A stretch of DNA of 64,000 nucleotides from a phage. Both the position numbers and the translations under genes were made by a program. The notes below the pieces were generated by a model that made no database searches, had not been told where the DNA came from, and saw nothing but the letters and a program-made list of their open reading frames with translations. The stretch lies in sequence record PX393108.1. One strand, 5' to 3'. Of this stretch, positions 32,769 to 41,917 are shown piece after piece (within the stretch, counting starts at the first letter, position 1; each line of letters begins with the position of its first letter).

Positions 32769-33428
32769 ATGGCTGATTTAAAAGTAGGTTCAACAACCGG
32801 AGGCTCTGTCATTTGGCATCAAGGAAATTTTCCATTGAATCCAGCCGGTGACGATGTACTCTATAAATCATTTAAAATATATTCAGAATATAATAAACCA
32901 CAAGCTGCTGATAACGATTTCGTTTCTAAAGCTAATGGCGGTATTTATCTAAACCGAGTTACCTTTAACAAGGGTATTCAAGTCCCGGGAGCTGGCAATG
33001 GTCTGACCGGGATGTTTGTTGGGCCAGGTGATGGAGCAACTTATGATAATGTTAACCTTGATATAATATCTTGGTATGGTATAGGATTTAAATCATCTCA
33101 AGGAACAGGACCTAGGACAATTGTTTTTAACGTTCGTGACGGTGAAATTTCGGCCCGTGGTAATATAAATTCACAGCGTCAGGTGCGAGCCGAAGCCGCA
33201 GCGCCCATTGCCGCAAATGATCTTACTAGAAAAGACTATGTTGATGGAGCAATAAATACTGTTACGGCAAATGCGAACTCTAGAGTGTTACGATCTGGCG
33301 ACACTATGACGGGTAACTTAACCGCACCAAACTTTTTTTCACAGAATCCTGCATCTCAACCTTCACACGTTCCACGATTTGACCAAATCGTAATTAAGGA
33401 TTCTGTTCAAGATTTCGGCTATTATTAA
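32769..33428 (+). CDS. 36: gp36 long tail fibre distal connector
   Basis: 219 aa; position between 35 and 37. Confidence 0.9.
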   Translation: MADLKVGSTTGGSVIWHQGNFPLNPAGDDVLYKSFKIYSEYNKPQAADNDFVSKANGGIYLNRVTFNKGIQVPGAGNGLTGMFVGPGDGATYDNVNLDIISWYGIGFKSSQGTGPRTIVFNVRDGEISARGNINSQRQVRAEAAAPIAANDLTRKDYVDGAINTVTANANSRVLRSGDTMTGNLTAPNFFSQNPASQPSHVPRFDQIVIKDSVQDFGYY

Positions 33429-33436
33429 GAGGACTT

Positions 33437-36400
33437 ATGGCTACTTTAAAACAAATACAATTTAAAAGAAGCAAAACCGCAGGTGCACGTCCTGCTGCTT
33501 CAGTATTAGCCGAAGGTGAATTGGCTATAAACTTAAAAGATAGAACAATTTTTACTAAAGATGATTTAGGAAATATCATTGACTTAAGCATTTCTGCTGG
33601 CGGTAGTATCAGTGGAAATATCACTCAAACTGGCGATTATTTACAAAATGGAACATATAATCTTAATGGAAACCAGTTTGTTTATGCAGGAAAATATATT
33701 GAATTTTTACCTAAAACTGCTGGTAATGGTGCTTGGGCAAACCAACATAAAAATAAAGCTCCTATCTTTACAGATTTAAGTTCAACTACTTCTACTTCAG
33801 AATACCATCCGCTAATTAAGCAGCGTTACAAAGATGGGACTTTTTCTGTTGGTACGTTAGTAAATGAAGGAAGTTTTAAAATTCATTATATTAATGAATC
33901 GGGAACTTCAAAATATTGGACATTTCGTAGAGATGGTGGATTTGTTGTTGATACAGGAAGTTTAACAGTAACAGATGGAAATATTTCTGCTTCTGGTAAT
34001 ATTAATTCGGCTACTGGGATAGTTTCTGCTCCGCGCGTCAATACAAAAAATATTAACCTGAGTTCTAAAACCTTTATACCGAATAATGACACGGGTTATG
34101 ACATTGTTTCTTTACCTACTTGGATTTATAATCCACCAGCAGATGGTTCTGACCGTGATACAAACGGATTGAACTACATGCGTAAAATGCGGGCTTCAAA
34201 TACTTCTAGCATTTTCCATGAAATAGTTGACTGTCGTTCGGGAAAACCACAAGAAATTTCTTGGTGGACCGGCGTAGGACCTTCATCTTTCCAGTGGGCG
34301 TTTGATACCTCTGGACGTATTACCGCAGGTAAATCTATTTCAGTAGGTCTTCCTGATAGTGGTACAAATGGTCGTTATCCTTTAGATTCTGCAATTTCTA
34401 TTGGTATTGCGATTGGCGATAACGATACCGGTATTAAATGGGTCCGCGATGGCGTTTATGACCTGATGGCTAACGGTATTTCATCCGCTACCATTTTGAA
34501 TAATGGTATTAATAGTACTAAAAAATTGATGGTTGGTTATAGTCGAGATTCCGGTTCTACTTGGGATTTCCCAAATAACAACCAAGCAATGTTTACTGCG
34601 CGTACAGATATTGATGGTAATAATAACGGCGATGGTCAGACTCATATTGGTTATAGCAGCAATTCTAAAATGTATCACTATTTCCGTGGCACGGGTCGTA
34701 TGTCTGTTAGCATGGGCGATGGACTTCTTGTTGAGCCAGGTATTTTAGACATTAAAACTGGGTCTAATAGAGTTGCTATTAGAGCAGATGGTACATTTGA
34801 CTCAACCCAACGTATTTCAATGCGTACTGGATTATTTTTATCAGGTGATGATAATACCAATGCTTTGTCATTTAAAGCGCCTACAGGTGTTGACGGGACA
34901 AAAACCATTAACTGGGATGCAGGCACTCGTAATGGTCAGAATAAAAATACTGTAACCATTAAAGCGTGGGGTAACTCATTTAACTCAACTCCAGGTAATA
35001 GAGAAACTGTATTCGAAGTTTCAGATTCACAAGGTTATTATTTCTACGCTCAACGTACTAATCCTGCGTCAGGTCAAACAGTAGGTCCTATTAATTTTAA
35101 ATTTAATGGTACTGTAGAAACTGGACATATTGTCGGGCTCGGAAATATAAGTGCCTCTGGTACAGGTTCTTTTGGTGGCAATGTTACTATGTCTAACGGT
35201 TTGTTTGTCCAAGGTGGTTCTTCTATTACTGGACAAGTTAAAATCGGCGGAACTGTTGATGCATTAAGAATTTGGAATGCTGAATACGGTGCTATTTTCC
35301 GTCGTTCAGAAGCATCTTTGCATATTATCCCGACTCCTAAAGATGCCGGTGAAAGTGGTGGAATAAGTAATCTTCGTCCGCTTAGTATCAGCCTTAATAA
35401 TGGTATGGTACAAATGCGTCATTCTGTCACGTTAGGCGATGACAGCAGAGGTGGCAATATGATTACTGTAGACAACGATAATAAACTTGTTGTTATTACT
35501 AGTCATAGTCGCATTTCTCCTAATTACCGTATGCAGTTAGGTCAGGCTGCGTACATTGATGCAGAATGTACTGATGCTGTTCGCCCTGCTGGTGCAGGTT
35601 CATTCGCTTCACAAAATAATGAAAACGTTCGTGCTCCGTTCTACATGAATATAGATAGAACCGATACAAGCACTTATGTTCCTATTTTGAAGCAACGTTA
35701 TGTCCAAGGTAATGGTTGCTATTCATTAGGAACTTTAATTAATAATGGTAACTTCAGGGTTCATTATCATGGTGGCGGAGATAACGGTTCTTCAGGACCA
35801 CAAACAGCTGATTTTGGATGGGAATTTATTAAAAACGGTGATTTTATTTCACCTCGCGATTTAATAGCAGGCAAAGTCAGATTTGATAGAACTGGTAATA
35901 TTACCGGTGGTTCTGGTAATTTTGCTAACTTAGATACGACTTTAAACCGTAAAGTAACTACCGGCTGGATTAACTATTCTTCTGTGAGTGGTTGGTATAA
36001 ATTGGCAACAGTAACTATGCCTCAAGGTGTAGCTACGGTCCAATTTAAAATAACAGGCGGTTCCGGTTTTAACGTTGGTATTTTCAAACAAGCAACAATT
36101 AATGAAATTGTATTACGCTCGGGTAATAATACACCTAAAGGAATTAATGGTGTTTTATGGCAGCGTGAAACAGATGCTATTAAAGATATTGCGTATATTA
36201 ATACCTCAGGCGATGAGTATGATGTTTATATTAGTTGTGGCACTTATTTAAATAGACTTACCATAGAATATAGCACTTCAGAAAATGCTTCTGTGGTAGT
36301 TCATGGATTATATGGGCCTACGCAATCGCCGGTAGAAGAGCTTCCTGTAGATATTGTTAAAGGTCGTGTTTTTAAACTTCTTAATAATAGCTCAGGCGTT

Positions 36401-37393
36401 TTTGACGCGGGTAGTTCTAATATTTCTACAAATGCAACTTTTGTGGCAAATACTACTATAGGATACCGTCACAAATCTAACGGCGACGAAAGTGGCTCTG
36501 CAGCTGCTCTGTTTTATAATGATGGTACTACGTTCCACATATTATTAACAGATAAAAATACCGATACTGATAAAACTAAAGCCTCGGGTTCTTATAATAG
36601 CTTGAGACCTTTTTCTATCAATATCGCTTCAGGTAAAGTAACTATTTCAAACTCTATGAGCGTTTCTGGGGTATCAGAGTTTTGGAATGGCCTTAACATC
36701 AAAAATAATGGAAGCATTAACTTTGATAAGTCTGGTGCTAACCCGAGAAATATGAGAATATTTCATGCTGGCGATGCTTCTCGCGGTAACCGCATTGAAA
36801 TTGCAGATGAAACTAACTATATTGCTTACTTTGAAAAAACTCCAGGTGGAGCTAACCGCTTTGTAGTAAATAATGCTACTGTAGCTGGTGTTAACCAAAT
36901 GAATTCATTTGGTATTAATATCAATAACGCACTTGGTGGAAATAGTATAGCATTTGGTGATAATGATACTGGAATTAAACAATCCGGTGACGGAATTCTT
37001 GATATCATTACTAACGCCGCACGCCGAATGAGATTCCAATCGGGTGACACTTATTCTGACATGAATATAAATGCACCAAACGTTTATATTCGTTCTGATA
37101 TTCGTTTGAAATCTAATTTCAGACCTATTGAAAATGCTCTTGAAAAGGTTGAACAGCTTGATGGTTTAATCTATGATAAAGCTGACTATATAGGCGGTGA
37201 AATTGTTCAGACTGAAGCGGGTATTGTGGCTCAAACACTGCAAGATGTTTTACCAGAAGCAGTTCGTGAAGTTGAAGATATTAAGGGTAATAAAATACTC
37301 ACTGTTTCTTCTCAATCCCAGATTGCTCTTCTAGTTGAAGCTGTGAAAACACTTTCTGCTCGTGTAAAAGAACTTGAATATAAACTTATGTAA
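33437..37393 (+). CDS. 37: gp37 long tail fibre distal subunit with C-terminal intramolecular-chaperone-like domain
   Basis: 1318 aa; N-terminus MATLKQIQFKRSK... matches recalled T4 gp37; C-terminal ~100 aa begin with SDIRLK (residue ~1220, nt 37094), resembling the autoproteolytic motif of endosialidase/T5-type chaperone domains. Confidence 0.95.
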   Translation: MATLKQIQFKRSKTAGARPAASVLAEGELAINLKDRTIFTKDDLGNIIDLSISAGGSISGNITQTGDYLQNGTYNLNGNQFVYAGKYIEFLPKTAGNGAWANQHKNKAPIFTDLSSTTSTSEYHPLIKQRYKDGTFSVGTLVNEGSFKIHYINESGTSKYWTFRRDGGFVVDTGSLTVTDGNISASGNINSATGIVSAPRVNTKNINLSSKTFIPNNDTGYDIVSLPTWIYNPPADGSDRDTNGLNYMRKMRASNTSSIFHEIVDCRSGKPQEISWWTGVGPSSFQWAFDTSGRITAGKSISVGLPDSGTNGRYPLDSAISIGIAIGDNDTGIKWVRDGVYDLMANGISSATILNNGINSTKKLMVGYSRDSGSTWDFPNNNQAMFTARTDIDGNNNGDGQTHIGYSSNSKMYHYFRGTGRMSVSMGDGLLVEPGILDIKTGSNRVAIRADGTFDSTQRISMRTGLFLSGDDNTNALSFKAPTGVDGTKTINWDAGTRNGQNKNTVTIKAWGNSFNSTPGNRETVFEVSDSQGYYFYAQRTNPASGQTVGPINFKFNGTVETGHIVGLGNISASGTGSFGGNVTMSNGLFVQGGSSITGQVKIGGTVDALRIWNAEYGAIFRRSEASLHIIPTPKDAGESGGISNLRPLSISLNNGMVQMRHSVTLGDDSRGGNMITVDNDNKLVVITSHSRISPNYRMQLGQAAYIDAECTDAVRPAGAGSFASQNNENVRAPFYMNIDRTDTSTYVPILKQRYVQGNGCYSLGTLINNGNFRVHYHGGGDNGSSGPQTADFGWEFIKNGDFISPRDLIAGKVRFDRTGNITGGSGNFANLDTTLNRKVTTGWINYSSVSGWYKLATVTMPQGVATVQFKITGGSGFNVGIFKQATINEIVLRSGNNTPKGINGVLWQRETDAIKDIAYINTSGDEYDVYISCGTYLNRLTIEYSTSENASVVVHGLYGPTQSPVEELPVDIVKGRVFKLLNNSSGVFDAGSSNISTNATFVANTTIGYRHKSNGDESGSAAALFYNDGTTFHILLTDKNTDTDKTKASGSYNSLRPFSINIASGKVTISNSMSVSGVSEFWNGLNIKNNGSINFDKSGANPRNMRIFHAGDASRGNRIEIADETNYIAYFEKTPGGANRFVVNNATVAGVNQMNSFGININNALGGNSIAFGDNDTGIKQSGDGILDIITNAARRMRFQSGDTYSDMNINAPNVYIRSDIRLKSNFRPIENALEKVEQLDGLIYDKADYIGGEIVQTEAGIVAQTLQDVLPEAVREVEDIKGNKILTVSSQSQIALLVEAVKTLSARVKELEYKLM

Positions 37394-37394
37394 A

Positions 37395-37412
37395 AGAGGG
37401 CTTCGGCCCTCT
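37395..37412 (+). other. UUCG hairpin between genes 37 and 38
   Basis: AGAGGGC-UUCG-GCCCUCU immediately before the gene 38 SD (AAGGA). Confidence 0.5.
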
Positions 37413-37423
37413 AAGGATTTTTA

Positions 37424-38209
37424 ATGGCAATTGTAGGTGTTCCTGGCTGGATTGGTGAATCTGCCGTGAATGAAACTGGACAACGTTGGATGGATGCTGC
37501 AATGAAAGCAGTTCGTGTTTCAGTTCCCGGTTGGATGAGCTCAATGGCTGGACAATCTAAAGAAGTATATTATAGCATTGGTGCTAGCAATTCTTATAAT
37601 AAAGACACACTAATAAATTGGATAAAAGCCCAAGGAAGTACTCCTGTTGTTATTACAATTACAGGCAATATCGTTTCTTCATCGACAGGTCAACCATGCT
37701 TAGATTTTCCTAGCTCATTAACTAATGCGTACGTGACACTTAATATCAATTCAGGTGTGCATGTTTGGGGTCGTGGAGGGAATGGTGGAAATAACTCTGC
37801 TGGTGGAGCAGGAGGAACTGCAATAAATAACGGAATTGGAACTAGATTACGTATTAACAACAACGGTGTTATCGCAGGAGGCGGTGGCGGCGGTGGCGGC
37901 GGATACTACTCTCCTTTTTCACAAATGAAATTGACTTTTGGCGGTGGCGGCGGTCGTCCATTTGGTGCTGCTGGCGGCTCTGCTAATATGGAACAAGGTG
38001 CTACCGCTGGTACTATTTCTGCACCCGGTAAAGGGTCTGTTAACGGTATCTATAATGGCGGGAATGGTGGTGATGCCGGAGCTGCAGGAGGTAAATGTAA
38101 TATTCGCGGCCAAGGATCAGAATATAACGGCGGCGCAGCAGGTAAAGCTGTTACTGGTAATGCTCCAACTTGGACTAAAGTTGGTACAATATACGGTTCA
38201 AGAGTATAA
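37424..38209 (+). CDS. 38: gp38 receptor-recognising adhesin (T2-type, glycine-rich motifs)
   Basis: 261 aa; several poly-Gly tracts (GGGGGGGGGYY, FGGGGGRPFG, NGGNGGDAGAAGG) separated by variable segments. Confidence 0.9.
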   Translation: MAIVGVPGWIGESAVNETGQRWMDAAMKAVRVSVPGWMSSMAGQSKEVYYSIGASNSYNKDTLINWIKAQGSTPVVITITGNIVSSSTGQPCLDFPSSLTNAYVTLNINSGVHVWGRGGNGGNNSAGGAGGTAINNGIGTRLRINNNGVIAGGGGGGGGGYYSPFSQMKLTFGGGGGRPFGAAGGSANMEQGATAGTISAPGKGSVNGIYNGGNGGDAGAAGGKCNIRGQGSEYNGGAAGKAVTGNAPTWTKVGTIYGSRV

Positions 38210-38239
38210 TTTGAATAAATATCCTTAAAAGGAGGGTCT

Positions 38240-38896
38240 ATGGCAGCACCTAGAATATCATTTTCGCCCTCTGATATTCTGTTGGGTGTTCTAGATCGCT
38301 TGTTCAAAGATAATGCTACCGGGAAAGTTCTTGCTTCCCGGGTAGCTGTCGTAATTCTTTTGTTTATAATGGCGATTGTTTGGTATAGGGGAGATAGTTT
38401 CTTTGAGTACTATAAGCAATCAAAGTATGAAACATACAGTGAAATTATTGAAAAGGAAAGAAATGCACGCTTTGAATCTGTCGCCCTGGAACAACTCCAG
38501 ATAGTTCATATATCATCTGAGGCAGACTTTAGTGCGGTGTATTCTTTCCGCCCTAAAAACTTAAACTATTTTGTTGATATTATAGCATATGAAGGAAGAC
38601 TACCTTCAACAATAACCGAAAAATCACTTGGAGGATATCCTGTTGATAAAACTATGGATGAATATACCGTTCATTTAAATGGACGTCATTATTATTCCAA
38701 CTCAAAATTTGCTTTTTTACCGACTAAAAAGCCTACTCCCGAAATAAATTACATGTACAGTTGTCCATATTTTAATTTGGATAATATCTATGCTGGAACA
38801 ATAACCATGTACTGGTATAGAAATGATCATATAAGTAATGACCGCCTTGAATCAATATGTTCTCAGGCGGCCAGAATATTAGGAAGGGCTAAATAA
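38240..38896 (+). CDS. t: holin
   Basis: 218 aa; MAAPRISFSPSDIL...VAVVILLFIMAIVWYRGDSFFEYYK matches recalled T4 holin T with one TM helix. Confidence 0.95.
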   Translation: MAAPRISFSPSDILLGVLDRLFKDNATGKVLASRVAVVILLFIMAIVWYRGDSFFEYYKQSKYETYSEIIEKERNARFESVALEQLQIVHISSEADFSAVYSFRPKNLNYFVDIIAYEGRLPSTITEKSLGGYPVDKTMDEYTVHLNGRHYYSNSKFAFLPTKKPTPEINYMYSCPYFNLDNIYAGTITMYWYRNDHISNDRLESICSQAARILGRAK

Positions 38897-39169
38897 TTAT
38901 TTGTTTGTATACATCTCTAGATATCGATATACACCCTCAAAACCCTCGTTGAATTCGTCGATGAGGGTTTTCTTATCTTCTTGGGTTAATTCAGAAACAA
39001 TTTTACGGAATGAATTCTGATTTAATTTTCTACCTTCATGCGTTACTCCAATCTCATTCAGAAATGCAATAAAATTAGCACGATTCTCAACAATATCTTC
39101 TCTGGAAAATTTAATCAAAATGGACGCAACAGTAATAATTTCACGAACTGTATCAATGTTTTTATTCAT
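38897..39169 (-). CDS. asiA: anti-sigma70 factor AsiA
   Basis: 90 aa; MNKNIDTVREIITVASILIKFSREDIVENRANFIAFLNEIG... matches recalled T4 AsiA. Confidence 0.95.
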   Translation of the reverse strand: MNKNIDTVREIITVASILIKFSREDIVENRANFIAFLNEIGVTHEGRKLNQNSFRKIVSELTQEDKKTLIDEFNEGFEGVYRYLEMYTNK

Positions 39170-39181
39170 TAACTATACCAC

Positions 39182-39334
39182 TCAATTAGTTGACTTTATT
39201 ATAATATCATCAGACGCTTGATTTGTAAACTGGTCTGTGTTATTTTCTTCAAAAATTTTTTCTACGAATTCCTTGAACGACTTACGTTCCTGAGCTACAT
39301 TATGCTCGATTACCTTTTCAAGATTATGACTCAT
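39182..39334 (-). CDS. small acidic protein (50 aa), not in ORF track
   Basis: Hand-translated MSHNLEKVIEHNVAQERKSFKEFVEKIFEENNTDQFTNQASDDIIIKSTN; its ATG overlaps the arn stop (ATGA). Confidence 0.4.
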   Translation of the reverse strand: MSHNLEKVIEHNVAQERKSFKEFVEKIFEENNTDQFTNQASDDIIIKSTN

Positions 39335-39609
39335 TCGAAATAATCTTCAATTTCGTAATCATGGACATAAATCATTATAGTTTTTAATACATCATCAATA
39401 CTTTTTCCTGGAGCTGGAATTACGTAAAAATATCCCGCCTTTGAGTTATCTTTATAAGTTCCAATCAAGAAATCATTATTCTCGAGATGCAGTTCTTCAA
39501 CTAATTCATTAACAATTGAGTGGTATAAATTTGGTAGAAACTTATATAGCTTTTCTAGAATATCAATTTTGATTGTATATTGAACCACAGATTGAGAATC
39601 AATAATCAT
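39331..39609 (-). CDS. arn: anti-restriction nuclease Arn
   Basis: 92 aa; position between asiA and motA as in T4. Confidence 0.8.
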   Translation of the reverse strand: MIIDSQSVVQYTIKIDILEKLYKFLPNLYHSIVNELVEELHLENNDFLIGTYKDNSKAGYFYVIPAPGKSIDDVLKTIMIYVHDYEIEDYFE

Positions 39610-39692
39610 AGACCTTCCCCTTATGTTTCTGTTTGCGATTAGATTCTTTAAACGCTTTCTTCTTATCCTTATGAACAGAAGCTTTATTAAAA

Positions 39693-39911
39693 TTATGTTT
39701 TGCGACTAAATTGTTCATAGTGCTGAATTACCTCTCTTAAACATTTGCATGTGAATGAAAACTTTTTAGCTACACCACATTCAAATATATGTTCTCTTAA
39801 ATCACGTGTATCAGTATATCCCATCTCAACGATAAAATGCCGTATTAGATTTTTATCTTTATCATTAAGAGAATTAAAATAATCGGATTTTGAATTAATT
39901 TCCCTGGCCAA
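39693..39911 (-). CDS. hypothetical protein (72 aa)
   Basis: ORF track; one of four ORFs between arn and motA. Confidence 0.5.
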   Translation of the reverse strand: MAREINSKSDYFNSLNDKDKNLIRHFIVEMGYTDTRDLREHIFECGVAKKFSFTCKCLREVIQHYEQFSRKT

Positions 39912-40191
39912 ATTGAATCACCTTCAGTTGACGTTTTAGTTCTTTTATCATCTCTTCGTTCATCGCAATATAAAGATCGCGTAAAGCAGGCTTTAGCATT
40001 CCATTTACTGGAGAACTAAATGGGCATACATAATCTTTTCCTACGAGCTTTTTAGTGAATTCCATATTACAGAACTGAAATGCCGGTTCATTGGCATAAA
40101 TTCCCCATTTGGTTGACATCATTTTATTGGCATATTCTAATGCCTGGATTTGATTCATAATTCCATCAATTTGAAACTTTTTAATATTCAT
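39895..40191 (-). CDS. hypothetical protein (98 aa)
   Basis: ORF track. Confidence 0.5.
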   Translation of the reverse strand: MNIKKFQIDGIMNQIQALEYANKMMSTKWGIYANEPAFQFCNMEFTKKLVGKDYVCPFSSPVNGMLKPALRDLYIAMNEEMIKELKRQLKVIQFGQGN

Positions 40192-40652
40192 TAGTAAAGG
40201 TCCTCAGAGTAAAGTTCTTTTTCACTACCACCACGTTCAATACGCACTTGTCCAGCATAAGTTGCAATAATCATTGCTTCTTCACGTGTCCAATAATTAC
40301 TATATTGGTCAATAAACCCTTGGTCATCATCACAAACTTGTTGAGTAACTAATTGAGGTTTAACTGCATCTAAAACTGCTGCCATATCTTTAGAATAATG
40401 ACGAGCACCTGGAATAACAAGAGTTCGTCCATCTTTTAATTTAAAACGGTTGGCTGCGCAAACAATTCGTCGTTGATACTTTTGGTTTTCATCCCAGTAT
40501 GCAGTCTGCCAACAGATTTCAGGAACTTCATCTAAAACATTTTGTTCTGTGTATTCACCACTGTAAGAAGCTAATTTAGCCGCCAAACTTTCTGGAGTCT
40601 CACGTGACAAAGCTTTATCTAACAGAGCTAAACGTTCTTTAAAAGTTTTCAT
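40191..40652 (-). CDS. hypothetical protein (153 aa)
   Basis: ORF track. Confidence 0.55.
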   Translation of the reverse strand: MKTFKERLALLDKALSRETPESLAAKLASYSGEYTEQNVLDEVPEICWQTAYWDENQKYQRRIVCAANRFKLKDGRTLVIPGARHYSKDMAAVLDAVKPQLVTQQVCDDDQGFIDQYSNYWTREEAMIIATYAGQVRIERGGSEKELYSEDLY

Positions 40653-40993
40653 TTAAACCATCCTTTAATACGCTGCCACAAAGTTTTCTGTTGAGCTTTG
40701 TTAACACCAATTGAGCGAATAACTGGTTGAGATTCCTGGAATTCTTTATAATCAGCAAGGTAAATTTCGTAAGCTGCATCCGTAAATGAACTTATCGCTG
40801 CCATGAAGTTTTTACGTACACCGCCAGGAGCTACTCCGTTGGGTAATTCAGAATTTTCACGAATAATTAAATATAACCCAGCTCTAACCTTAACAATAGT
40901 TCCAAGATAAGCTCCATGGTACCAGATATCCCACCCCTCTTGAGTGGGTTCTGCACAACGACGAAGTTCATTGATAATTTCTAACTTGTTCAT
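40649..40993 (-). CDS. hypothetical protein (114 aa)
   Basis: ORF track; ATGA overlap with the upstream ORF. Confidence 0.55.
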   Translation of the reverse strand: MNKLEIINELRRCAEPTQEGWDIWYHGAYLGTIVKVRAGLYLIIRENSELPNGVAPGGVRKNFMAAISSFTDAAYEIYLADYKEFQESQPVIRSIGVNKAQQKTLWQRIKGWFK

Positions 40994-41003
40994 TATTTAT
41001 TCC

Positions 41004-41639
41004 TCACAGTTCAGATGCTACGGTGATTACTGCTTCAATGTTTTCTGCCGAGCGTTTAATGTCAAGATACACATTACCATTTTTAGCGATTTTACATGAC
41101 ATTCCGATATCAGTAAATTTCTGAATATGATGTTCCATCATTTTGTATCCAAAAATTCGCATATTTCCATTGTTGTTAATTTCAAAATTACGAATTCCGT
41201 GAGTGCGTTTTTCTAAAATAGCGAGATAGTTACTACGATAAGTTTCAACCTTTTTAAGAACAAATCCATTTTCATCTAAAAGTTTTAACATGAAGTCTTT
41301 ATCTTCTTCCATATCAGAAGTAATCTCACGAGCTTTACGAGTTGCTCGTTTTTTCAGTAGTTCCGGAGCATTTTCCTGTGCGTATAAAGTTGCTGCATTT
41401 GAAATAATATCCTGAGCTTCACCAGTAATGATTAATCCATCACCAGATTTCTCCACCAGGCCTTTTTTAATCAATACCCCAATATTACTATTAACTACTG
41501 CATTACCTAAATCTGGATGCACCTCACGAACTTCTGCAGCTGTAATGAAATCTTTCTTAGCAATGGTAATTAAAATCGCAGCAGTTTTTTCATTCAGAAC
41601 ATCGTTAGAAGCTTTGATGATGTAAGTTACTTTAGACAT
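41004..41639 (-). CDS. motA: MotA middle-transcription activator
   Basis: 211 aa; MSKVTYIIKASNDVLNEKTAAILITIAKKDFITAAEVREV... matches recalled T4 MotA. Confidence 0.95.
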   Translation of the reverse strand: MSKVTYIIKASNDVLNEKTAAILITIAKKDFITAAEVREVHPDLGNAVVNSNIGVLIKKGLVEKSGDGLIITGEAQDIISNAATLYAQENAPELLKKRATRKAREITSDMEEDKDFMLKLLDENGFVLKKVETYRSNYLAILEKRTHGIRNFEINNNGNMRIFGYKMMEHHIQKFTDIGMSCKIAKNGNVYLDIKRSAENIEAVITVASEL

Positions 41640-41680
41640 TTTCTAATCTCCGTAATTCTGTATCAGTAGTTGATAGTTGT

Positions 41681-41710
41681 ATAGTACCACAGTATGCTTT
41701 GGTTGTAAAC
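41681..41710 (-). promoter_or_regulatory. T4 early-type promoter upstream of motA
   Basis: Reverse complement of gtaaac 41705-41710 and atagta 41681-41686; shares the tagttgtatagtaccacag module with two other copies. Confidence 0.5.
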
Positions 41711-41741
41711 CGTTTTGTGAAAAAAATTTTGAAATAAAAAA

Positions 41742-41761
41742 GGGAGAGCCTCGGCTCTCCC
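41742..41761 (-). terminator. rho-independent terminator after the gene 52 / small ORF unit
   Basis: GAGAGC / GCUCUC stem followed by UUUUUUAUUUC in transcript orientation. Confidence 0.55.
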
Positions 41762-41767
41762 TAAAAT

Positions 41768-41917
41768 TTACTGCATGACTGTGATAACTGTCATGATAAC
41801 ACGTTGAATTCCGAACGCAAGAAGACCTCCTGCTACGGCTGGAACAACACCTAAACCCGCCAGTAAAATGCAACCGGATACTAATGCAGCGCCTGTAATA
41901 CCTATGAATGGACTCAT
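41768..41917 (-). CDS. small hydrophobic membrane peptide (49 aa), coupled to gene 52
   Basis: Hand-translated MSPFIGITGAALVSGCILLAGLGVVPAVAGGLLAFGIQRVIMTVITVMQ; ATG overlaps the gene 52 stop (ATGA). Replaces the implausible track ORF 41643-41873. Confidence 0.45.
   Translation of the reverse strand: MSPFIGITGAALVSGCILLAGLGVVPAVAGGLLAFGIQRVIMTVITVMQ

Noticed and set aside
37866-37895. GGC/GGT repeat tract in gene 38 as a possible slippage or contingency site
   Set aside because: It is an imperfect codon-level repeat encoding the poly-Gly motif, not a homopolymer; no evidence of frame switching.
38205-38221. TATAATTT / AATAAATA upstream of holin t as a late promoter
   Set aside because: One mismatch from TATAAATA; t may instead be read through from the gene 36 promoter, so not listed as a feature.
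41643-41873. 76-aa minus-strand track ORF downstream of gene 52
   Set aside because: It spans the terminator hairpin and the motA promoter and encodes an Arg/Ser/Cys-rich string. The alternative frame gives a 49-aa membrane peptide coupled to the gene 52 stop, which is the better call.
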